Assembly: GCF_036365525.1 (NCBI RefSeq)
Contig: NC_090399.1
Span: 20,160,529 to 20,224,528, forward strand
Origin: Heterodontus francisci
Lineage: Eukaryota
Length of the DNA: 64,000 nt
Direction: 5' to 3'
Shown here: positions 11,060 through 21,334 of the stretch, piece by piece
Position numbering within the stretch: position 1 is the stretch's first letter
Layout of the letters: each line of letters opens with the position of its first letter
Program-made: the position numbers and the translations under genes
Notes under the pieces: generated by a model
The model's database searches: none
The model's input: the letters and a program-made list of their open reading frames with translations, nothing else
Told to the model about the DNA's origin: nothing

Positions 11060-11851
11060 ATCTCCGCTTCTCTGATTCTGGCCTCGTGAGCTCCAACATT
11101 GGTGGCTGTGACTTCAGGTGCCTAGCCCCAAGCTCTGGAATTCCCTCACTCAACCTCTCCACTTCTCTCTCCTCCTTAAAGAAATTCATTAAAAACCTAC
11201 CACTCTGACCAAGCCTTTGGTCATCAGCTATAATATCATCTTTTGTCACTTGGTCAAAGTTTGCTTATAATGCTCTTGTGAAGTGCCTTGTGATGTTATA
11301 TTACATTAAAGGTGCAATATAAATGCAAGTTGTTTTTGTTGTTGTTGAAGAAGACTGGGGGTGTTCTCCCCAACTTCACTAAAACAGATGATCTAGTCAT
11401 TTATCTCATTGCTGTTTGTGGGAGTTTGCTGCTGTGTGTAAACTGGATGCTGCATTGTCTACATTTCAAGAGTGACTGCATTTCAAAAAGGAGTCGAATT
11501 GGCTGTGATGCACTTTTGGATGTCCTGGGGTGGTGAAAGGTGATTTATAAATGGAAATCTTTCAGGTCTTGCTTGACTGAAGACCAGCGTGGTCTGAAAT
11601 GCTCAGGAAGATGACTGTGCATACAAACGAACAATTCAAAGGTCAGGTGCATCAGAAGGGAAAAACTCAGGTAGCAGAGACACTGAGAGATATATGAAGC
11701 AGGAAAGCAAATTTCAATCAAAACAGTTGTTACAAGGGAAAGTGTATTAGCACACTTCCAAATAGAAATAATCAGAATAAGTATAGACAATCAAAACTGT
11801 TAGGAATCAATTCACAGAAGTCATCCAAATACTTGGTTCAATTACAGGCAT

Positions 11852-12115
11852 CACACATGCACACTCACACACACTCACACAGAGAGTAACACACACAGGT
11901 TGGAGTGTGTCACAAAGAGTAACACACGGGGCGGAGTGAGTCTCTCACACACACAGAGTAACACAAAGGCTGGAGTGTGTCAAACACACACAGAGTAACA
12001 CAAAGGCTGGAGTGTGTCACACAACATGACACGCAGGTTGGAATTTTCAAACACACTTAGTAACATACAGGCAGGGTCAGGCACACAAACAGAGTAACAC
12101 ATAGGCTGGGGTCAG
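11852..12115. repeat. CA-rich minisatellite (~34-38-bp unit cacagagtaacacacaggctggagtgtgtca(ca)n); copies at ~31692-31955 and ~48308-48572
   Basis: Directly visible tandem units. Confidence 0.88.
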
Positions 12116-12117
12116 TC

Positions 12118-15100
12118 TTTAAACATTAATCTTTATTGCATAATAACTATATACACTCCACACTAGCCTGTGTGTCTCCTTCAAAAGCATTGCTGTAACT
12201 GTTCTTGAGTCTCTCCCACATGATTTCTTAACTCATCCTGGTGGGCAGTAATCTTTACGTTCTCTCAAGATTAACCCTTTGATACCCTTATACTACATTT
12301 TCCCCACGTTTTTAGCCTAAGATATATTTAGACACATTCATTTTTTCATTTACACGCTATCCTATCTCCTCCCAAGTCTCTGACTTCATAGATTCAACCT
12401 ATCAGGAGGCTTCACAACTCTTCCTAATCTTGGTGGTCGTCAGATGTGAAAGATTGATAATCTTTCTCTGATCCCTTGTTTCTTGACTTGGACGGTCTTC
12501 GTTGAGTTTTGTAGCATTTGGCACTTTTTGATTTTTCGGTTCATCATCTGAGTCATCTAACTGTGTAACTAACGTCTTTGATGTAAAGGAATAAGATTCC
12601 TTCTATTTCTCCATTTAGGATCTTCTTGAGTCCATAGTAGAGAAGATCGCTGTTGATTCTCATCTTTCTGGAGAATTACCCTGTCTCTCTTTTGGTTTCG
12701 TACCCATACTTTTTGCCCTTCTGACAACTTTGGTAGGTTTCAGGTACGGAACCTTCTGTAATGATAATGGGTCTGCTTGTTTCAATATATCTTTTCTATG
12801 TCCAGTATTTTCTGATAATCCTTGCCTTGCAATCCTGGAAGTAACTTCTTGCATAGAATTGGAAATTGCTTTTGAAGTTTTCATTAAGAGTTGTGATGGC
12901 GTTAATCTGCACAATAATGGAGTAGTTCTGTATGTCAGTCGTGCTAAATGGAAATCTCTTTTTTTTCAATCAACATAATTTTAATGGTTCTGACTGCTCG
13001 CTCAGCTTCTCCATTTGATTGTGGATACTTAGGAGAGCTTATTAGGTGAACAAATCCACATTATTCTGCAAAGTGCGTGAAGTAATCGTTTGCAAATTAC
13101 AGTCCATTATCAGATAATATCTGATCAGGTATACCAGGTGTTGTGAAACTTCTTGTAAAACTCTGATGACTGCTTCAGTTGTTGTTGTGTTGTCCATCTT
13201 AACTTCGATCCATCCTGAGAAGTAATCAACTATAATTAGCTAGGCTCTTCCTTCAAAGAAGAACAAATCCACGGTCCAGTTGAGAATTGGGTCGAAATTA
13301 GAGTTTCTCTTTGATCTTGTCTTCCCCAGTTCTCTGTCAGTGTAGCACTCCTGTGAAACTCACTGCATTTCTGTTTCTCTCTCTGCTAATCTTTGAGCAG
13401 CACGGCGGGCTGTGAAATATTGCATTGTGTGGGCTCTGTAGCGAAATCTGGACTCTCTGCAAAACTCAGGTCAGGGTAGGGGGCTCTTCCTCTGTCCTCA
13501 CTCCTGGATTATTCTCGTTAATCTACTTCAACTTTCTCAATAATATGAAGATCAATAAAAGTTCTTCTACTTAAGACTGTGAACTCCTGATTTCTTAGGA
13601 CGTACAGTGTTTCTAATATTTACTTTCCATTATATTGAAGCGTTGCTTGTAACTTCCCCTTTACTTCAAGTACAAGACCTCCTGGGCCATGCAACTGAGT
13701 TTCTATTGCTTGCTCCGGTGTCAAGTTTGAAATGTGTCTGCTGACCAAAATGCTCGTTTCGGATCATTGATCTCACCCAGAAAATATTTCGATTGGTCTG
13801 CTGCAGGAGCTTCTGTAACTTCATTTATCTCTCTATTCTTAACTACTTTTCCTTTAGAGGTTGATGTGGTCACGATTTTATTTCAGCATAATCTTACTGA
13901 GATGCCCTATTTTTCTGTAATAAAGGCATTCTGCTCTATTGGCGGGACACTGTCCATGCCTGTGGGACGTTTTTGCACCACAATGTTTAAGGACATCTTT
14001 TGCTCTGCCCCCTGGTGTTCCTGTTTTCCTGGTACCTCTTGTTCAGCCGTCTGGTGAAGGAACGGAACTGTTACAGGAGGATTCCTGTACCGGGGTCTTT
14101 CCTCACCTCGTATGATTGGTCTGTTATTGCTGCAATAATTGATGTCGGCAACAAAAGCTTTCAAGACCTGTTCAAATTTTGTTGATTTTCTCAATACGCT
14201 GCTATTATATCATCAGCTACAGCACCAATTAAATACAATTATGTATTCATTATGGATCCCTTGTGACTTTTGAAACTCTCTGGAACTCCCAATTTTTGAT
14301 CCATTTTAAAAAAATTTATAGACTTTTTAGCGTGTTCCCCTTTCAGAAAATCTTTTTCTCACACTAGCTTGCTTTGATGGAGTGTAGCAGGTCTTTGAGA
14401 GAGTTCCTGATGTTTTAAATAGGCTTTCTAGGGGTTTTCCCTTTGCTTAAGCAGCTCACTTATATCTTTATTTATTCTGAGATACAGCACTGAAACAGGC
14501 CCTTTGGCCCACCGAGTCTGTTCCAATCAACAACCACCCATTGATACTAACTCTACACTACCCCCATATTTTCTACCACATCCCCACCATTCTCCTACCA
14601 CCTGCCTACACTAGGGGCAATTTACAATGGCCAATTTACCTATCAACCTGCAAGTCTTTTGGAGGTGGGAGGAAACCGGAACACCCGGCGGAAACCCACG
14701 CAGACACAGGGAGAACTTGCAAACTCTGCACAGGCAGTACTCAGAATCGAACCCGGGTCGCTGGAGCTGTGAGGCTGCAGTGCTAACCACTGCGCCACTG
14801 TGCCATTGACAGCTGACGCAGCTATCTATTGGAATTAACAGCGCTGTTCCATAGACAGTTTCAGGGTTTTCCCCTTTTCTTTTTAAGATCACGAGATACT
14901 TCAAGCTTGACTGCTTTAATGATTTTTTCAGGCTTGGCTGCATTAATGGAGATTCTGCTGTATTCGGGGTTTCCCTGCCCTTTTTTTCTCTTCAGTATCG
15001 GACTTTTCCCGTACATTTTTTTCAGTTCGTGTACTTTTCAGGGTTTTCTCCACTCTCCACCCTTGCATTCAGCCTGAGTGAGGGATGGGTTGACCCCATT

Positions 15101-15612
15101 GCTTTTTACTTTCAATCTCACACTGAGCCTTTGGAAAAAATAATTTGGAAAAACTCTTCAAAGTCTTTTTTTAAAACCAGGATTTCTCAGTCATCAGCAC
15201 AATGATTTACCCAATTGCCTGTTTGCAGCCATGCTTCCATTCCATGGAGCTTCTCTCAGCCTTCAAAGATCTGTTGTTTCTTTTTATCTTTTCAGATACT
15301 TATTTTAAATTCTCTCTTCTGGCTGAAGGATGCTAGTTACTTCAAACTTTTTCTTCTGGGTGTAGAATCCCTCCACTGTTCACCATATTATATGTTTGGT
15401 TCTTCATGCTGCCACCGTCAGAGAGGTTCTTAGACTGTCGTGTTTAAACATTAATAATTATTGCACTGTAAGGATATACACTTCACACCAGCCTGTGTGT
15501 CTCCTTCAATAACCACGCTGTAACTGTTCCCAAGTCTCTCCCACATAATCCCTTACATCATCATGGTGGGCAGTAATCTTTATGTTCTCTCAAGATTAAC
15601 CCTTTGATACAT
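12118..15612 (-). mobile_element. Internally deleted Gypsy/Ty3 LTR retrotransposon (LTRs ~12118-12297 and ~15418-15612)
   Basis: ~170-bp diverged direct repeats; tRNA-Leu-like PBS GGTGGCAGC (15408-15416, minus); polypurine tract ggggaaaa next to TG at 12297. Integrase core VDLF, IVDYFSGWIEV, GIPDQILSDNG and YPQSNGEAERAVRT at ~12985-13275; gag-like remnant at ~14100-14250. Confidence 0.85.
14467..14804 (-). mobile_element. HE1-type V-SINE nested in the Gypsy element
   Basis: Minus strand: tRNA head (A box tggcgcagtgg, B box ggttcgatt), V domain gagtttgcaagttctccctgtgtctgcgtgggtttcc, CR1-like tail gggccaaagggcctgtttcagtgctgtatctc. Confidence 0.9.
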
Positions 15613-15624
15613 TTAGATGACAAA

Positions 15625-16260
15625 GCACACAGGCTGAAGTGTGTCACATACACACAGAGTAACACACAGGCTGCAGTGTGTCACATTCACACAGATTAGC
15701 ACACAGGCTGGAGGTATCACATACACACATAGTAACACACAGGCTGCATTGTGTCACAGCAAAGAGTAACACACAGGCTGGAGTGTGTCACATTCACACA
15801 GAGGAACACACAGGCTGGAATGAGTCACAAATGCAAAGTAACACCACAGACTGGAGCCAGTCTCTCTCTCTCACAGAGTGGCACAGAGGCTGGATTGTGT
15901 CACATACACAAAGTAACACACAGGCTGCAGTGTGTCACACAGAGTAACACGCAGGTTGGAATGAGTCACAAATGCAAAGTAACACACAGGCTGGAGTCAG
16001 TCTCACTCGCACACACAGAGTAACACACAGGCTGGAGTTTGTCACATACACAGAGTAACACACAGGCTGGAGTATGTCACATACACGCAGAGTAACACAA
16101 GTTGGAATGAGTCACAAATGCAAAGTAACACACAGGCTGGAGTCAGTCTCACACACACACACACACACACACACAGAAACACACTGGCTGGAGTTTGTCA
16201 CATACACAGAGTAACACACTGGCTGGAGTGTTTCACACACACACACAGAGTAACACACAT
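15625..16260. repeat. CA-rich minisatellite array; shorter copies at ~35563-35945 and ~52180-52600
   Basis: Tandem cacagagtaacacacaggctggagtgtgtca units; repeat number differs between units. Confidence 0.9.
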
Positions 16261-16957
16261 GCTAGATATTCTGGATATTCTTTCACAGGCACAAATAGTT
16301 TTTCTTGTAACTGCATAATAGGTCCTATGGGGTCTGGTAGGTCCATTGGCAGCTTGTCTACAAGGCCATTCATTGTATCAGTGTGTCACACACACAGGGA
16401 ATGTATCCATCTTGCGGATTTTCTGACGGTGGAATTGGATTTGGGCGGCACTTCCGCTCCCTCGCTTTTTGCCTGTTGCCACCCGATTACAAGTGGAAAT
16501 CAAAGTTTCAGCTGCGGGCATGGGAGATACATGCGATCATGTGGTGCGGAATACTTTTCATGGTGGAGCCTGCTGTCATTCAGGGAAGCATTATGCATGG
16601 CATTGGTATAAATAATCCTTCAGTGCAATCAGGGAGGCTCATCAACGAGGCCAGTCTTTTTCAGAGACTTCTAGGCTTTTCCCCTTAAATCTTACCCACC
16701 CTCACCCATCTTTACACCTGTCGCAAACAAAGGCTATGGACCCTGGCAACATTACGGCAATAGCACTGAGGACCTGTGCTCCAGAACTTGCCGCGCCCCC
16801 AGACAAGCAGATTTGAGATGGTGCGGGAGGGGCGGGGCGGCGGGGGCGGGCGGGGCGCGGAATAGTAACTGCAGTGAGACTGGGACACCAGCAGATGGAG
16901 ATGCTGAGCCATTGCTGATGGGAAGGTTTGGTGCTGCTGAGAGTTTGAAAGTTTCCA

Positions 16958-17273
16958 AACACAGAGTAACACGCTGGCTGGAGTGTGTCACAGGCACAGA
17001 GTAACACACTGGCTGGAGTGTGTCACATACACAGAGTAACACGCTGGCTGGAGTGTGTCATATCCACAGAGTAACACACTGGCTGGAGTGTGTCACATAC
17101 ACAGAGTAACACGCTGGCTGGAGTGTGTCACTGGCACAGAGTAACACACTGGTTGGAGTGTGTCACACGCACACACAGAATAACACACTGGCTGGAGTGT
17201 GTCACACACACACAGAATCACACACTGGCTGGAATGTGTACACACACAGAGTAACACACAGGCTGGAGTGAAT

Positions 17274-17304
<31 letters not shown>

Positions 17305-17430
17305 TGACACACTGGCTGGAGTATGTCACACACACAGAGTAATACACTGGCTGGAGTGTGTCACACACACACACACACACACAGAATAACACACTGGCTG
17401 GAGTGTGTAGACACACAGAGTAACACACAG
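16958..17430. repeat. CA-rich minisatellite array (actggctggag variant); copies at ~36515-36868 and ~53171-53524
   Basis: Tandem units; the last unit is the CR1 target site. Confidence 0.9.
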
Positions 17431-17507
17431 AATTAGAATTAGAACATTACAGCGCAGTCCAGGCCCTTTGGCCCTCGATGTTGCGCCGACCTGTGAAACC
17501 ATCTGAC

Positions 17508-20400
17508 CTACACTATTCCATTTTCATCCATATGTCTATCCAATGACCACTTAAATGCCCTTAAAGTTGGCGAGTCTACTACTGTTGCAGGCAGGGCGTT
17601 CCACGCCCCTGCTACTCTCTGAGTAAAAAAACTACCTCTGACATCTGTCCTATATCTATCACCCCTCAACTTAAAGCGATGTCCCCTCGTGTTTGCCATC
17701 ACCATCCGAGCAAAAAGACTCTCACTATCCACCCTATCTAACCCTCTGATTATCTTATATGTCTCTATTAAGTCACCTCTCCTCCTCCTTCTCTCCAATG
17801 AAAACAACCTCGAGTCCCTCAGCCTTTCCTCGGAAGACCTTACCTCCATACCAGGCAACATCCTAGTAAATCTCCTCTGCACCCTTTCCATAGCTTCCAC
17901 ATCCTTCCAATAATGCGGTGACCAGAACTGCACGCAATACTCCAGGTGCGGTCTCACCAGAGTTTTGTACAGCTGCAGCATGACATCGTGGCTCCGAAAC
18001 TCGATCCCCCTACTAATAAAAGCTAACACACCATATGCCTTCTTAACAGCCCTATTAACCTGGGTAGCAACCTTCAGGGATTTATGCACCTGGACACCAA
18101 GATCTCTCTGTTCATCTACACTACCAAGAATCTTCACATTAGCCCAGTACTCTGCATTCCTGTTACTCCTTCCAAAGTGAATCACCTCGCACTTTTCCGC
18201 ATTAAACTCCATTTGCCATCTCTCAGCCCAGCTCTGCAGCCTATTTATGTCCCTCTGTACCCTACAACATCCTTCGGCACTATCCACAACTCCACCGACC
18301 TTAGTGTCATCCACAAATTTACTAACCCACCCTTCTACACCCTCTTCCAGGTCATTTATAAAACTGACAAACAGCAGTGGCCCCAAAACAGATCCTTGCG
18401 GTACACCACTAGTAACTAAACTCCAGGATGAACATTTGCCATCACCCACCACCCTCTGTCTTCTTTCAGCTAGCCAATTTCTGATCCAAAGCTCTAAATC
18501 ACCTTCAACCCCATACTTCTGTATTTTCTGCAATAGCCTACCGTGGGGAACCTTATCAAACGCCTTACTGAAATCCATATACACCACATCCACTGCTTTA
18601 CCCTCATCCACCTGCTTGGTCACCTTCTCGAAAAACTCAATAAGGTTTGTGAGGCACGACCTACCCGTCACAAAACCGTGCTGACTATCGCTAATGAACT
18701 TATTCTTTTCAAGATGATTATACATCCTGTCTCTTGTAACCTTTTCCAACATTTTACCCACAACCGAAGTAAGGCTCACAGGTCTATAATTACCAGGGCT
18801 GTCTCTACTCCCCTTCTTGAACAAGGGGACAACATTTGCTATCCTCCAGTCTTCCGGCATGATTCCTGTCGACAATGACGACATAAAGATCAAGGACAAA
18901 GGCTCTGCAATCTCCTCCCTAGCTTCCCAGAGAATCCTAGGATAAATCCCATCTGGCCCAGGGGACTTATCTATTTTCAAACTTTCCAAAATTGATAACA
19001 CCTCCTCCTTGTGAACCTCAATCCCATCTAGCCTAGTAGCCTGAATCTCAGTATTCTCCTCGACAACATTTTCTTTCTCTACTGTAAATACTGACACAAA
19101 ATATTCATTTAACACTTCCCCTATCTCCTCTGATTCCACACACAACTTCCCACAACTATCCTTGATTGGCCCTAATCTAACTCTAGTCATTCTTTTATTC
19201 CTGATATACCGATAGAAAGCCTTAGGGTTTTCCCTGATCCTATCCGCCAATGACTTCTCGTGTCCTCTCCTTGCTCTTCTTAGCTCTCCCTTTAGATCCT
19301 TCCTGGCTAGCTTGTAACTCTCAAGCGCCCTAACTGAGCCTTCACGTCTCATCTGAACATAAGCCTTCTTCTTCCTCTTGACAAGCGCTTCAACTTCTTT
19401 AGTAAACCACGGCTCCCTCGCTCGACAACTTCCTCCCAGCCTCACAGGTACATACTTATCAAGGACACGCAGTAGCTGCTCTTTGAATAAGCTCCACATT
19501 TCGATTGTTCCCATCCCCTGCAGTTTCCTTCCCCATCCTACGCATCCTAAATCTTGCCTAATCGCATCATAATTTCCTTTCCCCCAGCTATAATTCTTGC
19601 CCTGCGGAATACACCTGTCCCTGCCCATCGCTAAGTTAAACCTAACCGAATTGTGATCACTATCACCAAAGTGCTCACCTACATCTAAATCTAACACCTG
19701 GCTGGGTTCATTACCCAGTACCAAATCCAATGTGGCATCGCCCCAGGTTGGCCTGTCTACATACTGTGTCAGAAAACGCTCCTGCACACACTGGACAAAA
19801 ACTGACCCATCTAAAGTACTCGAACTATAGTATTTCCAGTCGATATTTGGAAAGTTAAAGTCCCCCATAACAACTACCCTGTTACTCTCGCCCCTGTCGA
19901 GAATCATCTTCGCTATCCTTTCCTCTACATCTCTGGAAGTATTTGGAGGTCTAGAAAAGACTCCCAACAGGGTGACCTCACCTCTCCTGTTTCTAACCTC
20001 GGCCCATACTACCTCAGTAGACGAGTCCTCAAACGTCCTTTCTGTCGCTGTAATACTCTCCTTGATTAACAATGCCACACTCCCCTCCTCTTTTACCATC
20101 TTCTCCGTTCTTACTGAAACATCTAAATTCCGGAACCTGCAACATCCATTCCTGCCACTGCTTTACCCATGTCTCCGAAATGACCACTACATCGAGATCC
20201 CAGGTACCAACCCATGCTGCAAGCTCACCCACCTTATTACGGATGCTCCTGGCGTTGAAGTAGACACACTTTAAACCAGGTTGTTGCTTGCCAGTGCCCT
20301 CTTGCGTCCTTGTAACCTTATCCCTGACCTCACTACTCTCAACATCCTGTACACTGGAACTACAATTTAGGTTCCCATCCCCCTGCTGAATTAGTTTAAA
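17508..20400 (-). CDS. CR1 ORF2: APE endonuclease plus reverse transcriptase, with one frameshift near 20080
   Basis: CVYFNARS and ISETW (in the 20029-21549 frame), then MGDFN, SDHN, KSPGPDG, NYRPVSL, MDFSKAFD, GVPQGSVLGP and FVDD in the 863-aa ORF. The expected KRGGGVALL motif is broken by an indel. Confidence 0.9.
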
Positions 20401-21334
20401 CCACCCCCCCCCCCCCCCCCCCCGAAGAGCACTAGCAAATCTCCCCCCCAGGATATTGGTACCCCTCTGGTTCAGATGAAGACCATCCTGTTTGTAGAGG
20501 TCCCACCTACCCCAGAAAGTGCCCCAGTTATCCAGGAAATCAAAACCCTCCCTCCTGCACCATCCCTGCAGCCACGTGTTCAACTCCTCTCTCTCCCTAT
20601 TCCTCGCTTCACTATCACGTGGCACGGGCAACAACCCAGAGATAACAACTCTGTTTGTTCTCGCTCTAAGCTTCCACCCTAGCACCCTGAATTTCTGTCT
20701 TAAATCCCCATCTCTCTTCCTACCTATGTCGTTGGTGCCTATGTGGACCACGACTTGGGGCTGCTCCCCCTCCCCCTTAAGGATCCCAAAAACACGATCC
20801 GTGACATCACGAACCCTGGCACCTGGGAGGCAACATACCAACCGTGAGTCTCTCTCGTTCCCACAGAACCTCCTATCTGTTCCCCGAACTATGGAGTCCC
20901 CAATGACTAATGCTCTGCTCCTCTTCCCCTTTCCCTTCTGAGCAACAGGGACAGACTCTGTGCCAGATATCTGTACCCCATTGCTTACCCCTGGTAAGTC
21001 GTCCCCCGAAACAGTATCCAAAACGGTATACCTGTTGTTGAGAGAAACGGCCACAGGGGATCCCTGCACTGCCTGCTGGTTCCCTCTCCTTCCCCTGACG
21101 GTAACCCATCTACCTACTTCTTTTACCTGAGGTGTGACTACCTCCCCATAACTCCTCTCAATAACCCCCTCCGCCTCCCGAATGATCCGAAGTTCATCCA
21201 GCTCCAGCTCCAGTTCCCTAACGCGGTTCTCGAGGAGCTGGAGTTGCGTGCACTTCCCGCAGATGCAGTCAGCAGGGACACTCTTGGCGACCCTTACCTC
21301 CCACATTCTGCATGAGGAACATACAACTGCCTTA
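20391..21334 (-). CDS. CR1 ORF1: zinc finger/leucine zipper plus SGNH esterase domain; native start codon probably missing
   Basis: CSSC..CGKC followed by a coiled coil LQLLENRVRELELEL, then IGDSIVR, CLPGA, HIGTND and DGLHLN (SGNH blocks). Confidence 0.88.

Larger units (their letters stand above)
9987..11347 (+). mobile_element. L2-clade LINE 3' fragment inserted in the DeuSINE and itself interrupted by a MITE
   Basis: Encodes AAEPLIQDFVTSRLDYSN and TPVF..LFWLS..DFKIPILVFK (L2 RT C-terminal motifs) and ends in a tataaatgcaag(ttg)n tail. Confidence 0.7.
9798..11562 (+). mobile_element. DeuSINE (SacSINE1/AmnSINE1-type Deu domain) split into ~9798-9986 and ~11348-11562 by nested insertions; copies at ~29660-31413, ~46275-48028 and from ~63295
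   Basis: Deu-domain text gagggagtgctgcactgtcg..ggatgagacattaaacc..ctctcaggtggacg..cactatttt resumes as gaagaag..ttctcccc..cactaaaacagat..cattgctgtttgtgggag (matched from memory of the consensus). Confidence 0.7.
385..21334 (+). repeat. Tandem segmental duplication unit 1 (~17.0 kb plus the 3.9-kb CR1)
   Basis: Colinear with the units starting at 21335, 36860 and 53516, with the same ORF-track peptides recurring. The boundary is operational, set at the CR1 insertion site. Confidence 0.93.
17432..21334 (-). mobile_element. Young CR1 LINE, 3.9 kb, 5'-truncated near the start of ORF1
   Basis: ORF1 plus ORF2, short 3' UTR ending in (TTCTAA)n, candidate 5-bp TSD acaga (17427-17431 / 21335-21339); empty sites at ~36860 and ~53516. 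Confidence 0.96.

Noticed and set aside
15625-17430. CRISPR-like appearance of the repeats and the HTQSNTQAGV-type ORFs
   Set aside because: No unique spacers, no cas genes and a eukaryotic context; this is a minisatellite whose translation gives low-complexity ORFs.
17508-20099. Autonomous, retrotransposition-competent LINE
   Set aside because: No 5' UTR and probably no native ORF1 start, a frameshift near 20080 separates the EN N-terminus, and the RT motif reads FVDD rather than FADD.
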